Counted from the whole stretch's first letter, positions 36,342-53,795 are shown. The stretch is DNA of 63,495 nt, filler included, from Ministeria vibrans ATCC 50519 (GCA_943704425.1; 4 parts of 4 records of this genome joined end to end with filler, not necessarily neighbours in it); one strand, 5' to 3'. Made by a program: numbers and translations. Notes: generated from the sequence alone by a model not told the origin.

Positions 36342-36423
36342 ATCGGCGTTTCCAGATGGGCACACTGTCACGGTCAAGCGGAGGGGCCGCTGGCTTTGGC
36401 GCAAGCGGAAGTGAGCCCACTCG

Positions 36424-36459
<36 letters not shown>

Positions 36460-37028
36460 GAAAGAGACAAACAAAGGTGGTTGATCGAAACGAGGTCGAA
36501 ATCTCAGTCTCAATGTGATCGCAATCTCGTGCGTGACGGGACACCGGGGACACGTTTGTAATCCATTGACTATGCTCGTTCTACTGCCCTCTACCTTGTT
36601 TGCCTATTGGTGATGAGGTACGTGACGCAAATCAGCGACAAGTGAAACCCGTGGGAATCCTGTCCTTCTCCTTTCGACGCTGTTCTCAGCGCTAGCTCTC
36701 GAGGAAGCCGCTTACTTCACTGGACACGGGCAAGACATGGCGCTATACTGGACAATGAGCCGTTTCGTCAGCCAAGTGGGCCAAATTCTTTCCTGTGTGT
36801 ACTGTTTTTCTTTTGGTATCATATGACGGAAAACAGAAATTTTCATTTTTTTTTCGATTTACATCATAATACCACTACGACCGAGTGCGTTACGCGTATA
36901 AATCAATTACACAAACCATTTTACTTGGTTTACTAGTCAATCGGCCGCAGTAGATTGCTCTTCTCCCCAAAAAATTGTTCAAACCGAAAGAAAAGAAAAA
37001 AAGAAGAGCACCGAAAAAACGGACGCTA

Positions 37029-38798
37029 ATGTCGGAAACAGACAGCGACGTAAGTGCAACGGAGATCCCGATGGCAGGTGGCAAGTTGGCAGCGGCGGCA
37101 TTCGCGGCAACAGCTGCGCCCCCGCGAATGAACCAGTTGGCTTCCATCTCGATGCCGTCGATGCCGTCGGTCGTTGCCGAGGAGCCTGTGGACGGCAGCG
37201 AGCCGTACTGCGTGCCGCGCGTGCCGCTGCATCTGTACGTCGACTACCGCACGCCGGCGGCAGCGGGGGGGTGTGAGAGCACGTCCGGTTCGTCGTCGCA
37301 GGCCGTTTCCACCGAGGCGCTGCAGTACGTCGGAATGGGCGCTCCCTCGCAGATGCACCATGCCCCGGACGCCGCGGGGGCGGTGCACTCGCCGCCCCAC
37401 GCCGGGGCCAAGTCGCGGTTCCGCGTCCCCTCCAGTGGCAAATCAGGCGGTCTCAAGTCGTGCAACCACTGCGGCGCCACCGAAACATGCCAGGTACCTC
37501 AATTGCCCCACACCCCCACCTTCGACTGCGAAATACCTTTTTTCTTCGTCTGTCTTTTGTCTTTTTGTCTTTTTGTCCTTTTTTTTTTCTTTTTTTTTTT
37601 GGCAAACCGAACGGCGTGCGCTACATCGAGGAGGCGAAGNNNNNNNNNNTACACCCGCGACCCCAAGCAGTCGTTTTTCGCATTTGCATTCTTGTGAATT
37701 GGACTCACCCTCGTCGTTGCGCATTAGTGGAGACATGGTGGAGCCTACGAGGATCTTTGTAATGCTTGCGGATTGTTCTGGGCCAAGCACGGTAAGACGC
37801 GAACGAGAGGTGTCATATGTTTGACAATGCGCTCATATGCTAATGTTAAATCTCTTGAACAATCGGTTCGTCTTCTGCTTATGTTTGAAGGGTATAACAA
37901 GCCCAAAGGCATGAGTGGCTTACGAAGGCGTGCACGCAAATCGCTTGCGTCGCAGAGCACGGGTTCCATGGATCCTGTTGATGTCAAGACATCCAACGAA
38001 CGCCTGTCGCCCATGCCCTATGCCATCCCATTGGCGCGCGCAGGTCGCTCCAGCTCACAGGGACGAGTGGACATTCAAGAGTTTCAGCATTTGCGGGTGC
38101 AACAGGAACAGCAGCAGGAACAGCAACAACAACAGGGAGGAGAGACGGATCAGCGCGGGTCGCTGACGAATGCCACACATATCCCGCAGCACACACTCCA
38201 ACAGCACCAGCTGCAGCATCAGCAACTGCTACAACAGAGACACGCACAACATGCGATGCAACAACAACAACTGTTCTACCATCAACAGCCTCATAATAAC
38301 TTTTACCAACAACAACAACAGCAACAACAACAACACGTACCACTCCAGACACATCAAGCACCGCCACCAGCACCGCACCAGCAACAACAATCGCTTGTGA
38401 ATCACCCAACACATACACACTCGCACCTCCCTGTACAATCCAGCTGCCCCATGCCTCACATGCCCTCTGTCTACGCCCCACCCATCCAGTACCGCCCCGC
38501 CATCTACGGCATCGCCCCGTACCGCGCCCACCCCGCCACCACAGCCACCACTACCACTACCACTACCGCGACGACCACCACCGCGGTGTCCACTTCCGCG
38601 CCCACCTTGACGCCCTCCACCGTGGCCCCCTCCGAGGAGCGAGCACCCCTCCCTGCCCCCTCTGCCGCCCTCCACTGTCCCCGCTGCCACCGTGCCGTCC
38701 CTGCCCTTCTCCCCTTCCCCGACGGCCAAACCCCGTCCGTCTGCGCCGTTTGTCTCGTCGACTCAACCCCCCTCTCTTTCGCTTCCTCTTCACAATAG
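37029..38798 (+). CDS. GATA-type zinc finger transcription factor with a Q-rich region
   Basis: Spliced CNHCGATETCQ|WRHGG...LCNACGLFWAKH, with a polyQ activation-like region. Confidence 0.82.
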
Positions 38799-38843
38799 CA
38801 ATAAAAATAATAAAGAGTGTTTTGTTAATCAGTCGATCGGGAT

Positions 38844-40871
38844 TTACTTTGGTTCCGTGGGCAATTCGTTCGACTCGGAAGCGGACGTCGCACACTCAGT
38901 CTCGGACGTCTCGGGCACAGAATCAGTCTCAGACGCCTCAGGCGCAGAATCAGTTTCAGACGTCTCAGGCGCAGGGTCAGCCTCCGACGTCTCAGGCGCA
39001 GGGTCAGTCTCACTTGCGATCGTAGGCTCACTTGTACTCATTGCGGTTTCACTTTGAGGGACTGTCGCACTCTCCGTCTCCACAGCAGAGCCTGTAAGAG
39101 CAGCAAGTGTCTTTTTGGACAGTTGTGTTTCGAGTGTGGCGCGCGCATGAGCCTCGACAACGGCAGAGGCAAGGGACGAAAAGTGGGCGCGAATGCACTG
39201 GACAAGAGCGTTGGGCACGACCATGTCAAGAGGCCCGCGCAGGGGCATGTCCGTAATGGGCCGTTGCTCTTCGTCAAACTCGCCGCTGCGACGGCGCTGT
39301 GTACCCCCTCGTCGTGTCCTGTTAAAATCGGGCCTCTTCTCCTCCGCATACACAATGTGTGCCTGTCGGAAGCTCGAGTCGATGCGGTCGATCGGAGCCA
39401 CCGTCTGGCCCAGCGTAAGGACCTCAGCGGGCGTCAGCGCACACATGTCCGCCAGCACAGCCATCACATTGCGCGCAATCGGTCGTTCCCGTGCCAATTC
39501 TTCGTGTGTACTTTTGTCCATCGCGCGCAGACAGTCCGACACCACTGCCGCAGTCACATTTTCGACCTTCATGCTCGTGAACGTCTCCTGGTCTCTTAAA
39601 TGATGGGAAGAACACAAAAGAAACAACAATAATAATGATAAGTACACAATACTTTCTTTTGTGTGTGTTTGTTTGTACTCTTTCAGAAGGGCACAAAGAA
39701 GGACGTTGGAGCGGAAAAGACGCTTGCGGTATTTAGTGAGAACGCCGTTGACGGTGGCAAGGTCGTTGATGCTGTGCACGCGACGGTACGCGAGCGCCTC
39801 TTCGACGTCGTGCTGCGACGGAAGGTCCTCGGCATCCTCCTCGAGCCGCTCGTATGTGTAGTCATGGATTCGCATCGATACCCCATTGGGCAGTTGCGAC
39901 TCGGCAAAGGCTGCAATCACGTCCGCTAGAATAAACATTGCCAGATATCAACACCAAAACCAATCGAGTGAGGGGAGAGAAGGGAGGAAGGAGGTAGATT
40001 CAAAGTAATAGAAAGATGTAGAGGGGGGCGTAGAGAGAAAGAGATGAGAAAACCCCCCAAGAGAGAATGAGAGAACAAAACAAAGGGATAGAGAGAGAAC
40101 GGTATGTACTGTGCTACCTTCAGCCTTGGACAGATTGAAAAACTGCATGTATCGAATGTACGTGTAGCGAAGGTATGTGTGAAAGTGCTTCTTGTAGACA
40201 AAAGTAGCCTTGAGCAGTGTCATGCGTTGGCGCTGTTTCCTCACGCGATAGTACGTCGTTGGACCTTTCAAAAGACAGTGCATCAGAAGGGCACGCCCAT
40301 CACACTCCACTTACATCCCCATGTTTTGCCAAAACGTCTCATCATTTCCCCATAAGCATCGAGTTTTTCCGTTTCAAACGCAAAGATGCGCAACTCAAGG
40401 GACTTGAAGAGCGTCGCCTGTGGGTGCGGCCATTGAAAGCTAAGGGGAGGGAGAGAGAGGCACAAAAAAAAAAAAAAAAAAAAAAAAAAGTGAATCCTGA
40501 GGATTGTGCAGCAATGCAGAGAGGCATGCAAGGCGGGGATCGTCGAAACCGTACTGTTTTCCACGGTTTGTGCGCCGTCGCATGTGGAAGCGCGAATGGA
40601 GCGCCTCAAAGAGAGTGTGTTCGCGACCGACTTGGCTCTGCGCATACTCACGGTTGACCGTCTCAACGTTGTTGTTGTAGCGCTTGCTCGCTCGCGGCGC
40701 TGTGGTGCATATGGTACATAATCTGGAAGACCCGCGAGGCGGAGAGCAAGCGACATGGCGCGAGACAGAGGCGATTAGGGTTTTCTTAAAATTCGTTTCA
40801 TCATTCATTTACCTTGGCGTCAGTGCCAACTGTCGAGGGAGTAGCCTCGTTAGTCTCAACGAAGCGAGCAT
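38844..40871 (-). CDS. MRPS10: Mitochondrial ribosomal protein uS10m with a long C-terminal extension (multi-exon)
   Basis: Leader MLASLRLTRLLPRQL and the S10-family motif MTLLKATFVYKKHFHTYLRYTYIR...ADVIAAFAESQLPNGVSMRI. Confidence 0.65.
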
Positions 40872-41029
40872 GGCAAGCAAAGACTCGGTATAATGAAAAT
40901 AGTAAAAGGTGTTCTCACTTCTCAGTTTCCGTNNNNNNNNNNNNNNNNNNNNNNNNNNNNNNNNNNNNNNNNNNNNNNNNNNNNNNNNNNNNNNCTTTCT
41001 TTCTAATAATTACACTTTTTTTTTGGAGT

Positions 41030-44074
<3,045 letters not shown>

Positions 44075-44261
44075 TCCCTTGTGTGAACAATTTCTTGTAC
44101 ATTGCCAATATTCTTCATAAATTAATAAGAGAAGAAAGAGTAGAAAAATTCTTCGCTTACTGAGCATAAATTATAATAATTATGAGTGATCAACAGTGAA
44201 AAGTCAAACGATCAATCATCAATGATCAAAGATGAAAGAAAAGTCAATTTTTCTTACAAGT

Positions 44262-44496
44262 ATGTCGTCAACCCTGTCAACGGCTCTCCAGAACGTGGAG
44301 CTGCTGGAGAGCGGCGTGGCGGACGAGGCGCAGCCCAACATCGCGCCGCCCCCGCAAACGCTGGTGTTTGAGCCGAGCGGCAACAACGACCTGACCGAGG
44401 TGGCTGCCTTTGGCGTTGAGCAGGTATCTCCCGTCCCTGCTCCTCGACGCCTCTTCGGTTTTCCCACTCTATCGATTTTCCATCTCAAAACTGTCT

Positions 44497-44531
<35 letters not shown>

Positions 44532-45593
44532 ATGACTGTGGAAGAGAGCGAGACGGTTCATATCGACGCTCGTCGTTCTCGCGAGACTCCTACCGTGGTT
44601 CTCAGTCGCGACGCGATTCATCTCCATCACAGTCCAGCGGAAAGCGAGCCTGTGACGAGCCTGGGTCGCCTCCGTCGAATAGTACGTCTCGTCCCAGCTC
44701 TCCAAAACGTTCTCGCTCCGACGACTGGTCTTCGCCCTCGTCCTCGAGCGGCTACCAGCGACAACAGCAGCTCTCCAGTGGCCATGTGGAGTCTCAGTCG
44801 CGTAAGCGTGGCGGGGCCCAGTGGAAAGTTGTCGCTCCGCCACCGCTACATGAGCGCGATCGTGACCGTGACCGTGACTATCGTCGTTCTCCACCCCCAC
44901 GCTACGATTCCTACGATGTGTATGGCCGTGATCGTGATCGTGGTCGTGATCGTGACCGTGACCGTGATCGTGATCGTGTTCGTGATCGTGATCGTGACCG
45001 TGACCGTGACCGTGATCGTGACCGTGACCGTGATCGTGATCGTGTTCGTGATCGTGACCGTGAACGCGACCGTGAACGCGACTATGGCTCTCCCCAACAG
45101 CATCAACACGAAGAACAACAACAACAACAACAACAGCAACGTGACAGCCGTGGCTCGTCGCCAGCTCTGTCCCGGCGATACTCAGGTTCGTCGGGGCGCA
45201 TGGCGTCCCCCCCGCCTGCGCCCGTCCCAACACAGGCAGCGTCAACAGGTCGTTCCTCGTTCAGCCTGTTCCGCCGTGATGCACCCCCTCCACCACCACC
45301 ATTGCCGGCAGCATCAGCTATGCCCGCCAAGCCCCCAGGGCCCCCTCCACCTATTCCTTCCCACTACCTCTCCACGCCATCCTCCTCTGCCCCCACTGGT
45401 CCCATCCCTCCCCCAGGCCCTCCTCCTCCTCACCACCCCCCCCCTTCTACCTCCTTGCTCACTGCGACTGTACGTACTATCCCTACCACTACCACCTCTA
45501 CCGCACTCACCCTTACACAACATCAGTCACACCAACAACCGTATCTCTCTCAGCAGCCGCAACAACAGCAGCAACAACAGCAGCAACATACTC

Positions 45594-45678
<85 letters not shown>

Positions 45679-47746
45679 GCAGTCACGACCTCCTCCTCCA
45701 TTCACAACTCCTCAGCCGCCCTTGTATCCACCTCCTCCTCGACACCCTCCAGAGCGCTCTCAGCAACAAGAACAACAATCACACCAGCAACCTCCTTCAT
45801 CAATTCCCCCTCCTCCACGCTTGTACCCTCAACAACACCCAACCAGTGCAATCCCCCCTCCGCCTCCACTCGCTCCTTCTTCTCTCCCCCACACTCCTCC
45901 CCACTCTCTCCCCCTCTCTTCTCCACCACCGCCTCCACCGCTTTTCCTCGACGAGCCACCTATGCGTCTGTCCAAGCGAGAGACCCTCAAGCGCATTGAG
46001 CAGGTCGACCGTGAAGTTGATCGTCTCAAGAACCAGATTGCCTCTGCAGCTGCGAGTCGTGCTAGTGCTCTTGCCTCCGAAAGTGCCAGGCAGGCGCGTG
46101 CCGCTGCCGATGCAGTCGCTCTCTCCATTGCCTCTGCCTCGCGTGCCTTCAAGCAATCCGACTCATCCTTGTCGCAGACCCATGAGTCGAGCGTCGCTGC
46201 AATGGACGCGCGCAAAGTGGATGGTACCGGTGAAGATCACGTGGAAAAAATTGAGGAAGAAGAAGAAGAGGAGGAGCGTGCGAATGAGTCTACGGAACAG
46301 CGTGTGTTGCGTGAAAATGCCACACGCGCTGCTATAGCTCACCGTCAGCGGGTGACGTCGGCCGTCGCGAGCGACTCTCCCTGGCCCACAAAGCCTCTGT
46401 ACAGCAAGAGTGCCGATGCGCCGGGTGTTGCAGAGACACTGGCCAAGCACACATCGGTGCGACCTCGACTCGTCCGACTGCTCTCGCAGCGGCGTCGACT
46501 GGTCCATGCCAAGGTGGAGGAGTTGCGCATCGCGTACGACCGCCAGCGGGAGGCGTGGCAGCGGGCTGTGGGTCCTGCAGCAGGCGGAGCGCCCCTTGAA
46601 GACCCGTCCTTGTCGTCGTCGTCGTCGCGGCGAGGCGGTCGAGGGGCGGCGTCGGCGCGCAGCAAAGAAGACAAGTTTCGCGAGTACTTCGAGAGCGAAT
46701 TTCCCGAAATGTACGAGCACAAGAATATGGGACGACGGGGTGCAGTGAGCGACATGGATCTGGAGCAGATCATGCAGAACATTCTGCAGCAGGAGCGGCA
46801 CAACGAACGCTACCTCGACACGTTGGTCGAGCCTACACCGATGATCATGGACGAGCGTCTGCGCGACGACGTCCGCTTCTTCAACCGCAACAGTCTCATT
46901 GAGGATCTTCCCGCGTACGAGCGCGACCGCCAGTTTCTCAATGTCTGGACCGACGACGAAAAGGACATCTTTACCGAAAAGTAGACTCTTTCTTTTGCTC
47001 CTGTCAATTATTGATTCTTTTTTATTTCTTTCTTTTTCAAAATGTGTAGGTATTTGTATTTTCCAAAGTCATTTGGCCAGATATCTCGATTTCTACCGAA
47101 TAAGAGTGCGGGAGACTGTGTACACTACTACTATGCGAGCAAGAAGACAGTCAACTACAAACGAATTTATCGACATTACTGGGCAGCACAGCGCAAGCTA
47201 CTACGTGCACAGCAGCGAACACAGGAGTCGACCAGCGGATCGACTGTTGGGCCACACAGCGCGCCTGCTGCGGCTGCTGCTTCGTCGACTGCCACGACCA
47301 CTGCCACTATGTGCACAACAGCTCCTGTTGCTCCTGGTGTTGCCACGAGTGCGCCAGCAGTGGTTGCGCCTGAGGCACTCGCGTTACTGCAGACCATCGA
47401 GGCGCCCGGTGGCCTAGGGTGTGTCGACAAGGTGCAGGAGCAGCGCTACATGGCCACCAGCTCAATTGACTCGCTGATTGAGCCACACACGCACAGCAAC
47501 GAGCGAGCTGATGCGGTGGATGTGGATGCGAAGCAACGGCTGGCACGACGACAGGAACGTCGTGAACAACGACGACGTGAGCGACAGGAGCAGAGGAAGT
47601 GCGGCCTCGATGACGTGATGAGTAGCAGCAGCAGCAGTGACGACGACGATGACGACGACATTGCCTCGCCTGTCAAACCTATCCAGCCAATGGGTCCCGC
47701 CATTGATGTACCTGGCATTTTTGACGCCATGGACGAATGTAAATGA
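44262..47746 (+). CDS. NCoR/SMRT/Snt1-like SANT-domain corepressor with an (RD)n tract and polyQ
   Basis: GPS2-interacting-like motif [18 protein letters not shown] and a SANT domain [13 protein letters not shown]|[32 protein letters not shown]. Confidence 0.75.
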
Positions 47747-48004
47747 AAAATCACAAAAAGAATATGATTGTGTTTCACAATTTTCACAAACACATTGAAC
47801 CAGTTCTCCTGCCTCTGATTCGTGACTTGCTGAGGAGACTGTATCGAGAATCGTCACTTATTTTTTGAAATGGTGATTTGTGATTTCAGTATAAGAATTG
47901 TGCTGCAAAATAAAAACACGATCAGAGTAAGTAGAATATTTTTCACGTCTTAGATGTCTTTGAGTTTTGACGTTTGAACTCTTTAATTTTTTTTTCTTTC
48001 AGTG

Positions 48005-49572
48005 ATGAGACGTTGTGTCGCGACCGTTATCGCCGCATGCTTTGCTGTGCTTGGTATACATGGCGGTGTCTACATTGAAGACGGGCGGCTGACGGACGAG
48101 ATGGGCCGTGCGCGGATGTTTCGCGGTGTCAATGTTGTGTTCAAGCAGTCGCCGTTCATTCCCGACTCACACACGTACAACACAAACACGTCCATGACCG
48201 ACCGCGACATGGCGGACTTGGCTGGCTGGGGCATCAATGTGGTGCGTCTGTTTGTCGCCTGGGTCGCCGTGGAGCCGAGTGCGGGTCGGTACAACGAAAC
48301 GTACTTGAGCGAACTTCGCGCTCTTGTGGATCGCTTTGCCACCTACAACATCTCTGTGATTCTTGATGCACATCAAGATGTAATTGCTCGGAGGTTCTGC
48401 GGCGAAGGTACCGTGTGCTGGCGATGGACCGTATTTTTTGTCATTCGGTCTCAATGCTCTACTCCTTCTTAGGCGCTGCCGACTGGGCCACCGTCCACGA
48501 GAACAACACCGCACACAGCTTTCCGTATCCGCTACCCATTACGTTGGAGCGCGATGCGCACGGTGATCCGCTCATCTCCTCCTGTCTGACGCATCCATTT
48601 GCAACCTACTACTTTGCGTTGGAGACGTGCAAGACCTTCCAGCAGTTGTACGACGCCACGACCGTGCGCGATCGTTTCATTGCTTTCTGGGCAGAAGTTG
48701 CGCGTGTGTTTCGCTCGGCACCCAATGTACTTGGTTACGAGCTCATCAACGAGCCGTGGGTTGGAAACCTGTACGACAAGCCTGAGCTGCTTGTGCCGGG
48801 CGTCGCTGACCGTGACAACCTGGCACCACTCTATGCACTTGTGCACCAAACGCTGCGCACAGTCGACCAGGAGAAGCTTGTCTTCTTCGAGCCGGTGACA
48901 CTTGACGTGACGCCAGCCGGCTTTGCGTCCAATCCCGTTGGCGGCGACGCCTACCGCAATCGAAGCGTCCTGTCGTATCACGTGTACTGTGGCTCAAACA
49001 CACCCACTCGCTATCACTTTGGGTGCGATCTGATTGACGGGGACTTCTTCCTTCAGCGCAAGAGTGACATTGCCCGTTTGGGCGTGGGCGGATTTCTCAC
49101 GGAGTTTGGCTCGCTGTGGGACGCGCCAAACCAACTCGGGGAGTTGAACCACGTCCTGGACTGGTCGGACCGTCTGTACCACAGCGCCACCTACTGGCAA
49201 TTTAAAGAGTACCGCGACTTCACGAACGTAGGGGGAGCCAGCAACGCCTCCTTCTACAATCCCGACGGCACACTGCAGACGCCCAAGGTGCGCGTCCTGA
49301 CGCGCGCCTATGCCTCTGCTGTTGCCGGGGTGCCTACTCGTCATCACTTTGAGGCCCGGACGGGTCGCCTTGAGTTTGAGTATGTGTATGCGGTGGCGGA
49401 TGCAACCACTGTCGTGCGCATGAATGCCCCTCTCTGGTACCCGACGGGCGTCGACGTTGCCATTGTCCCCGAGGGTGCCGCTGTCGCCAATATCGTCAAC
49501 TCAAACACGATCCACATTGTACACAAATGCGCTCTCCATACTCCATTGACTGTCACTGTTCGAGGCAAATAA
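48005..49572 (+). CDS. Secreted GH5 endoglycoceramidase-like glycosidase
   Basis: Signal peptide, FRGVNVVFK, VILDAHQD, FCGEG|AADW, GYELINEP (acid/base) and FLTEFG (nucleophile). Confidence 0.88.
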
Positions 49573-49707
49573 TAAAAATATGTGTGTGTGTGTGTGTTCT
49601 CTATAAAATAGAAGAAGAATACAGGAAAAATCCGACTTGTTCATTAATTTTGATTTTTGATTTTTGATCCAAACTTTTTTATTTTCCTTTTTGTTGTTTG
49701 GTTGGCA

Positions 49708-51652
49708 ATGGACCCCTCGACACCATTTGAGATCAACGACTTTACGAGCGCCTCCGACTGGGAGCGGGCGTCGTTTGCATTTGAGGAAGCTTTGCGCAAA
49801 TGGATGTTGGAAAGTTCATCGTCCACGTCGTCCGCACCACAGACAGCGAACGCGCCGCCAACTGTGGCGGCGGCGGGTGCCGCGTCAAGTGTCCACATCG
49901 TCGGTGCGACCGGCGTCCTCGCAGAGCAAACAGCAATGCTGCAAGAGGCGACGGCGACCATCAGTCTGAACGGCGTCGACTATGTCGCGTCGATCTGGTC
50001 GACGCGACCAGGCGCCGCACGCCCGCCCGTCATCGACAAGGGCCTGCGAGTGCTGCTGCCCCCCTCGTCGCATGCGCCGTCGACCCACTCGTCGGTTCCC
50101 GCCTCGCCCATGTCTCTGTCAACATCCGTGCCCTTTGGCGACGCGTCGGGCGCAGTGCACCCTGCTGCGCTCGTCGACGAGTCGCTCTCGCCCGCCGCCC
50201 TCGACCTGCTTGACCAGTGTGACTTTGTGCCTGGCTCGCATCCGCTCCAGCGATGGTACGGCGTCAAACAGTTTGTTGTGTGCGAACCGCGCGACGACAA
50301 GCGGCGACCGACGCTCGACGACGCCACGGCACTTCTGGGCGCTATGTGTGTCGCTGCGAGCAACATTGGTTGTTCGCTGCCCATGTTTGCTCAGATGCAC
50401 GATCGGAGTTTGCGCCTGTGGTTGGGTCGGTCGAATAATGCGCGGTGCGACATGGTGTTTGAGTCTACCTCACTGCGCTCTCCGCCACCGCGCACGCTCA
50501 GTCATCTCAGTGGCATGCTGGACTTGTTTCGCTCTCGTATGGGCACTCCCGTCGACTGTTACACTGCCAACGACGCGACTGAAGACGTCGGCGCTTCTGA
50601 AGCGGCGCGTGTCGCGGTCGCTGCTCGATTCACCTTTCAGTTAGCGTCCTGGCTCGACACGGACTGGCGCGACGACGATGTGGGTGCGAGCCAGCAATCG
50701 CCGCTCCGACAGGCCCTCGATGCGCCTATTGGACCTCGTAAGGACCCCGTTGAGGCACTCCATCTTGCCACAACCTGGCCGAATTTCCCCGAGGACGCGG
50801 TGCTCGACAACGCTGTCTACAGCGAACTCGATCCGTCGCTCGCGCCCGTTTGGACCCTTCGCGCCATTTTCACGCCGCCCATGGCGGTACACAGCCGTCT
50901 GACAGTGTCTCTCCAACGCTTTGCGCAGTTGTGCACGTGTGCCGACTCAATGAGAAGACTGATGGAGACGGCCACGACCACCGTCGCCACCGAGGGAGCC
51001 ACTGCTGCCGGAGGCACAGGAGCAGGCACAGCCGCGGCTGTGTCAGGGGGTGGGACCACTGCATCAAGCACGTCGTTGCTGTCGTCGGGGGCGCGCAGTG
51101 AGGATGCGAGCGAGGCGCTGGCTCGACTCACGCATGGCAGTGGCGGCAGTGGTCTGTTTCCGCACTACTTTGACCGGTCGGTGCAGCGAGTGCGCCATCT
51201 GGTGACAGCCGGGATGGACCGTGTTGTGAGCATTGTGGACGAGTCTTTGCCGTCGCTGGAATATGTGGACTCGCTGGTTGGTGACATATTCGAGTATGGG
51301 CGTGAAGGGGCGCAAGTGGTGTCGGCCGTGGCAGTGCCCCGCGTCAAGGGAGCGCCACTGGGATCGACCACGTACGCTCTGGGAGCCGCACTTCTTATGG
51401 TGAACCACCGACGGGGTGGCGTGCGTGCAGTTGCGTTGGTATGGACGGCATATGTACGTGCGTTGCGGCGCTGTTGGGAGTCGCTCGTGCGTGTGCCGGG
51501 CAGTGCCAGTGTTGTCAACATGGATCATTCTATTGTGCAGCAGAAGCTGGAGATGCTTAATGCATGCATTGACAGCCAAGGTGCACGTGAAAAACTTAAG
51601 CGACAGCAGCGTGAAAGTGCACGACGCCAACAGGAAGACGACGACGATGATT

Positions 51653-51683
<31 letters not shown>

Positions 51684-52773
51684 GGAGGAGTTTTTTGATG
51701 CGGAAGAAGATCCCAACACGGTCGAGAGCGAGCCCACTGTTGCAGCGGCGGGCGGTGGCATGGTTCCCGAAGGGGTTGTACACAACCATGCGAGTCTGTG
51801 TTTACTGGCAGGAGATCAGACGACGCCGTTGCGTGTGCCGCGCGTGCAGGAAGCGCCTCCGTTGACCGAGGACCAGATGGAGGCTCAGTTGGCTGCGTAT
51901 GCGGCTATGGGCACGACGGGCGAAGCGGCAGCGCTGCGGTCGCGTTTGCAGGCGGCGTCGCTGCTATCTGACATGGAGGCGTTCAAAGCCGCCAATCCGC
52001 TTGGGGTGTTTGCCGATTTTGTGCGTTGGCACTCGCCACGAGACTGGCTGGTGGACCAAGGGCAGGTGAGCGAGCGCATGAGATCGGCCGATGGGCTCTG
52101 GCAGGATGTGTGGGCACGGGCCCACGCCGTTCCCGTGCACCGCCAACGGCCGTTGTTCGACGCCACACGCGAGGCCGAGAAGGCGCTGCACTACCTGGAG
52201 ACCATTGAGCCGGCTGAGTTGGTGCGGCAGCTTCTGCCGAGTGTCGGGGTGTACGCTCTGCAACGGCTGGGCGCGACAGACGCAGCCGCACAGACACGGT
52301 GTGCGGCCCAATCGGTGCAGACGCTTGCCGACGCTCTTGATGGCCTGGGCTATGCGACAGGCATGGGTCAGGAGATGGGGCCTGCGTCCCTTGTGGTGGT
52401 CGAGCCGTTTGAACGGCGTACACTGCCTGCGCTCGCGCACGCTGAGTATGCGGTGCACCTGGTGCGTAGTCTGCGTCACAAGCTTGTGGATGCCGAGAGC
52501 CTGGTGGAGGCATTGCCGTGCGGCGACGAGGTGGCGGTACTCAGCGAACACGACCGCACCACCATAACCGAGATGTTTCGAGCGGGTGAGCCACTGAAGG
52601 AGGGCAGGCGTTCGCGTCTGCACGAACCGGACGCGCGCGAGTACCTCTTGCGTGCTGTCGTGTCGCGCCCATCATCTCGATCGCGACCGTGTCCCCAGCG
52701 AATGTATGTACACATTGGTGACGAGGAGTTTCGTGTCGCGAGTGCTCACTCTCGTGATCCAATTGTAAAATGA
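49708..52773 (+). CDS. RAB3GAP1: Rab3 GTPase-activating protein, catalytic subunit
   Basis: FEINDFTSASDWE, QKLEMLNACI, LLSDMEAFKAANP...DFVRWHSPRDW, LFDATREAEKALHYL and PQRMY. Confidence 0.92.
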
Positions 52774-52832
52774 ATGAATAGTAAATATATTATAAATTTC
52801 AAATTTTATTTGTTGTTCATTGTATTGATACG

Positions 52833-53795
52833 ATGACGTCGTTTAAAGAAGCGCGCGATGCCTTGAGACAGGCTCGCCTTCAGGGAACCCGCGACAGCAG
52901 AGTAATATTCGTTTCGACTTGCCTTTTCTGCGTTTAACCCTCTGCGCTCTGCTCTGGCCTGTAGAACACGTTCAAGCTGGGTCAACTGTTACTAAAGGAG
53001 TATGCTTCGAAGCTTGGTGAGTGGTTTCGTGTCGATATGAGTCGAACACGAAACGATTAATTTTTTTTTTTCTCTCTCTCTCTTTCTCTCGACACGACCT
53101 CCACGGCAGGTGACGAAGTGCACGCGGTGCGGGAACAGGTGGCGATTGCGGCGCTGGACGTGGGGCAGCTTGGCGTGGCGCAGGAGTGTCAGCGTGCGCT
53201 GGCGCGGCAGTTTACGCCTCAGAGCCATCGGGTCAAGCGACTGGCCGGAATGTGTCTGGAGATGCAGGGAAAGCTCGACGAGGCCAACGAGCTGTACACA
53301 ACCATGCTGGCCGAGGATGAGACCGACTCGGAGACCCGCAAGCGTCTGGTGGCCATTGCCAAGGCGCGTGGCGATGCCGCACTCTCCATTTCGCTGTTGT
53401 GCACCCACTGCGACCGATGTCCCACAGACTTTGAGGCATGGTCCGAGCTGGCGTCGCTCTACACTCAGCAACACCTGTACGACCTCGCGGCTAACGCACT
53501 TGAAGAGCTCATTCTGTCGAACCCACTGAACGACCGTGTGCTGACTCGCTACGCCGAAGTGCGCTACACGCAAGGGCAGCACGACCTGGCGCGCCAGTAT
53601 TTCCGTCGAGCCATCGAGCTTAACCAGCACAATGTGCGCGCCCTCTACGGCACCATTCTTGCCTGTGGCTCCAAGGCTGAGTTTGCAGCGGCACGTCGCG
53701 GAGCCGAGAGCGCCCTGCGCGACTCTTTGGCAGCCGCGCGCGCCCCCAACGCCAAACTCGCCGAGTCCATCATGGCCAAGACCAAGAAGGACTAA
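52833..53795 (+). CDS. EMC2: ER membrane protein complex subunit 2 (TPR protein)
   Basis: EQVAIAALD, FTPQSHRVKRL, EAWSELASLY, LEELILSNP and NVRALYG, with short 5' exons. Confidence 0.85.

Noticed and set aside
36540-36790. Possible snoRNA or other ncRNA in the intergenic stretch (GTGATGA box C-like motif)
   Set aside because: I could not establish a box D with a terminal stem or a guide sequence by eye. An Infernal/Rfam search would be needed.
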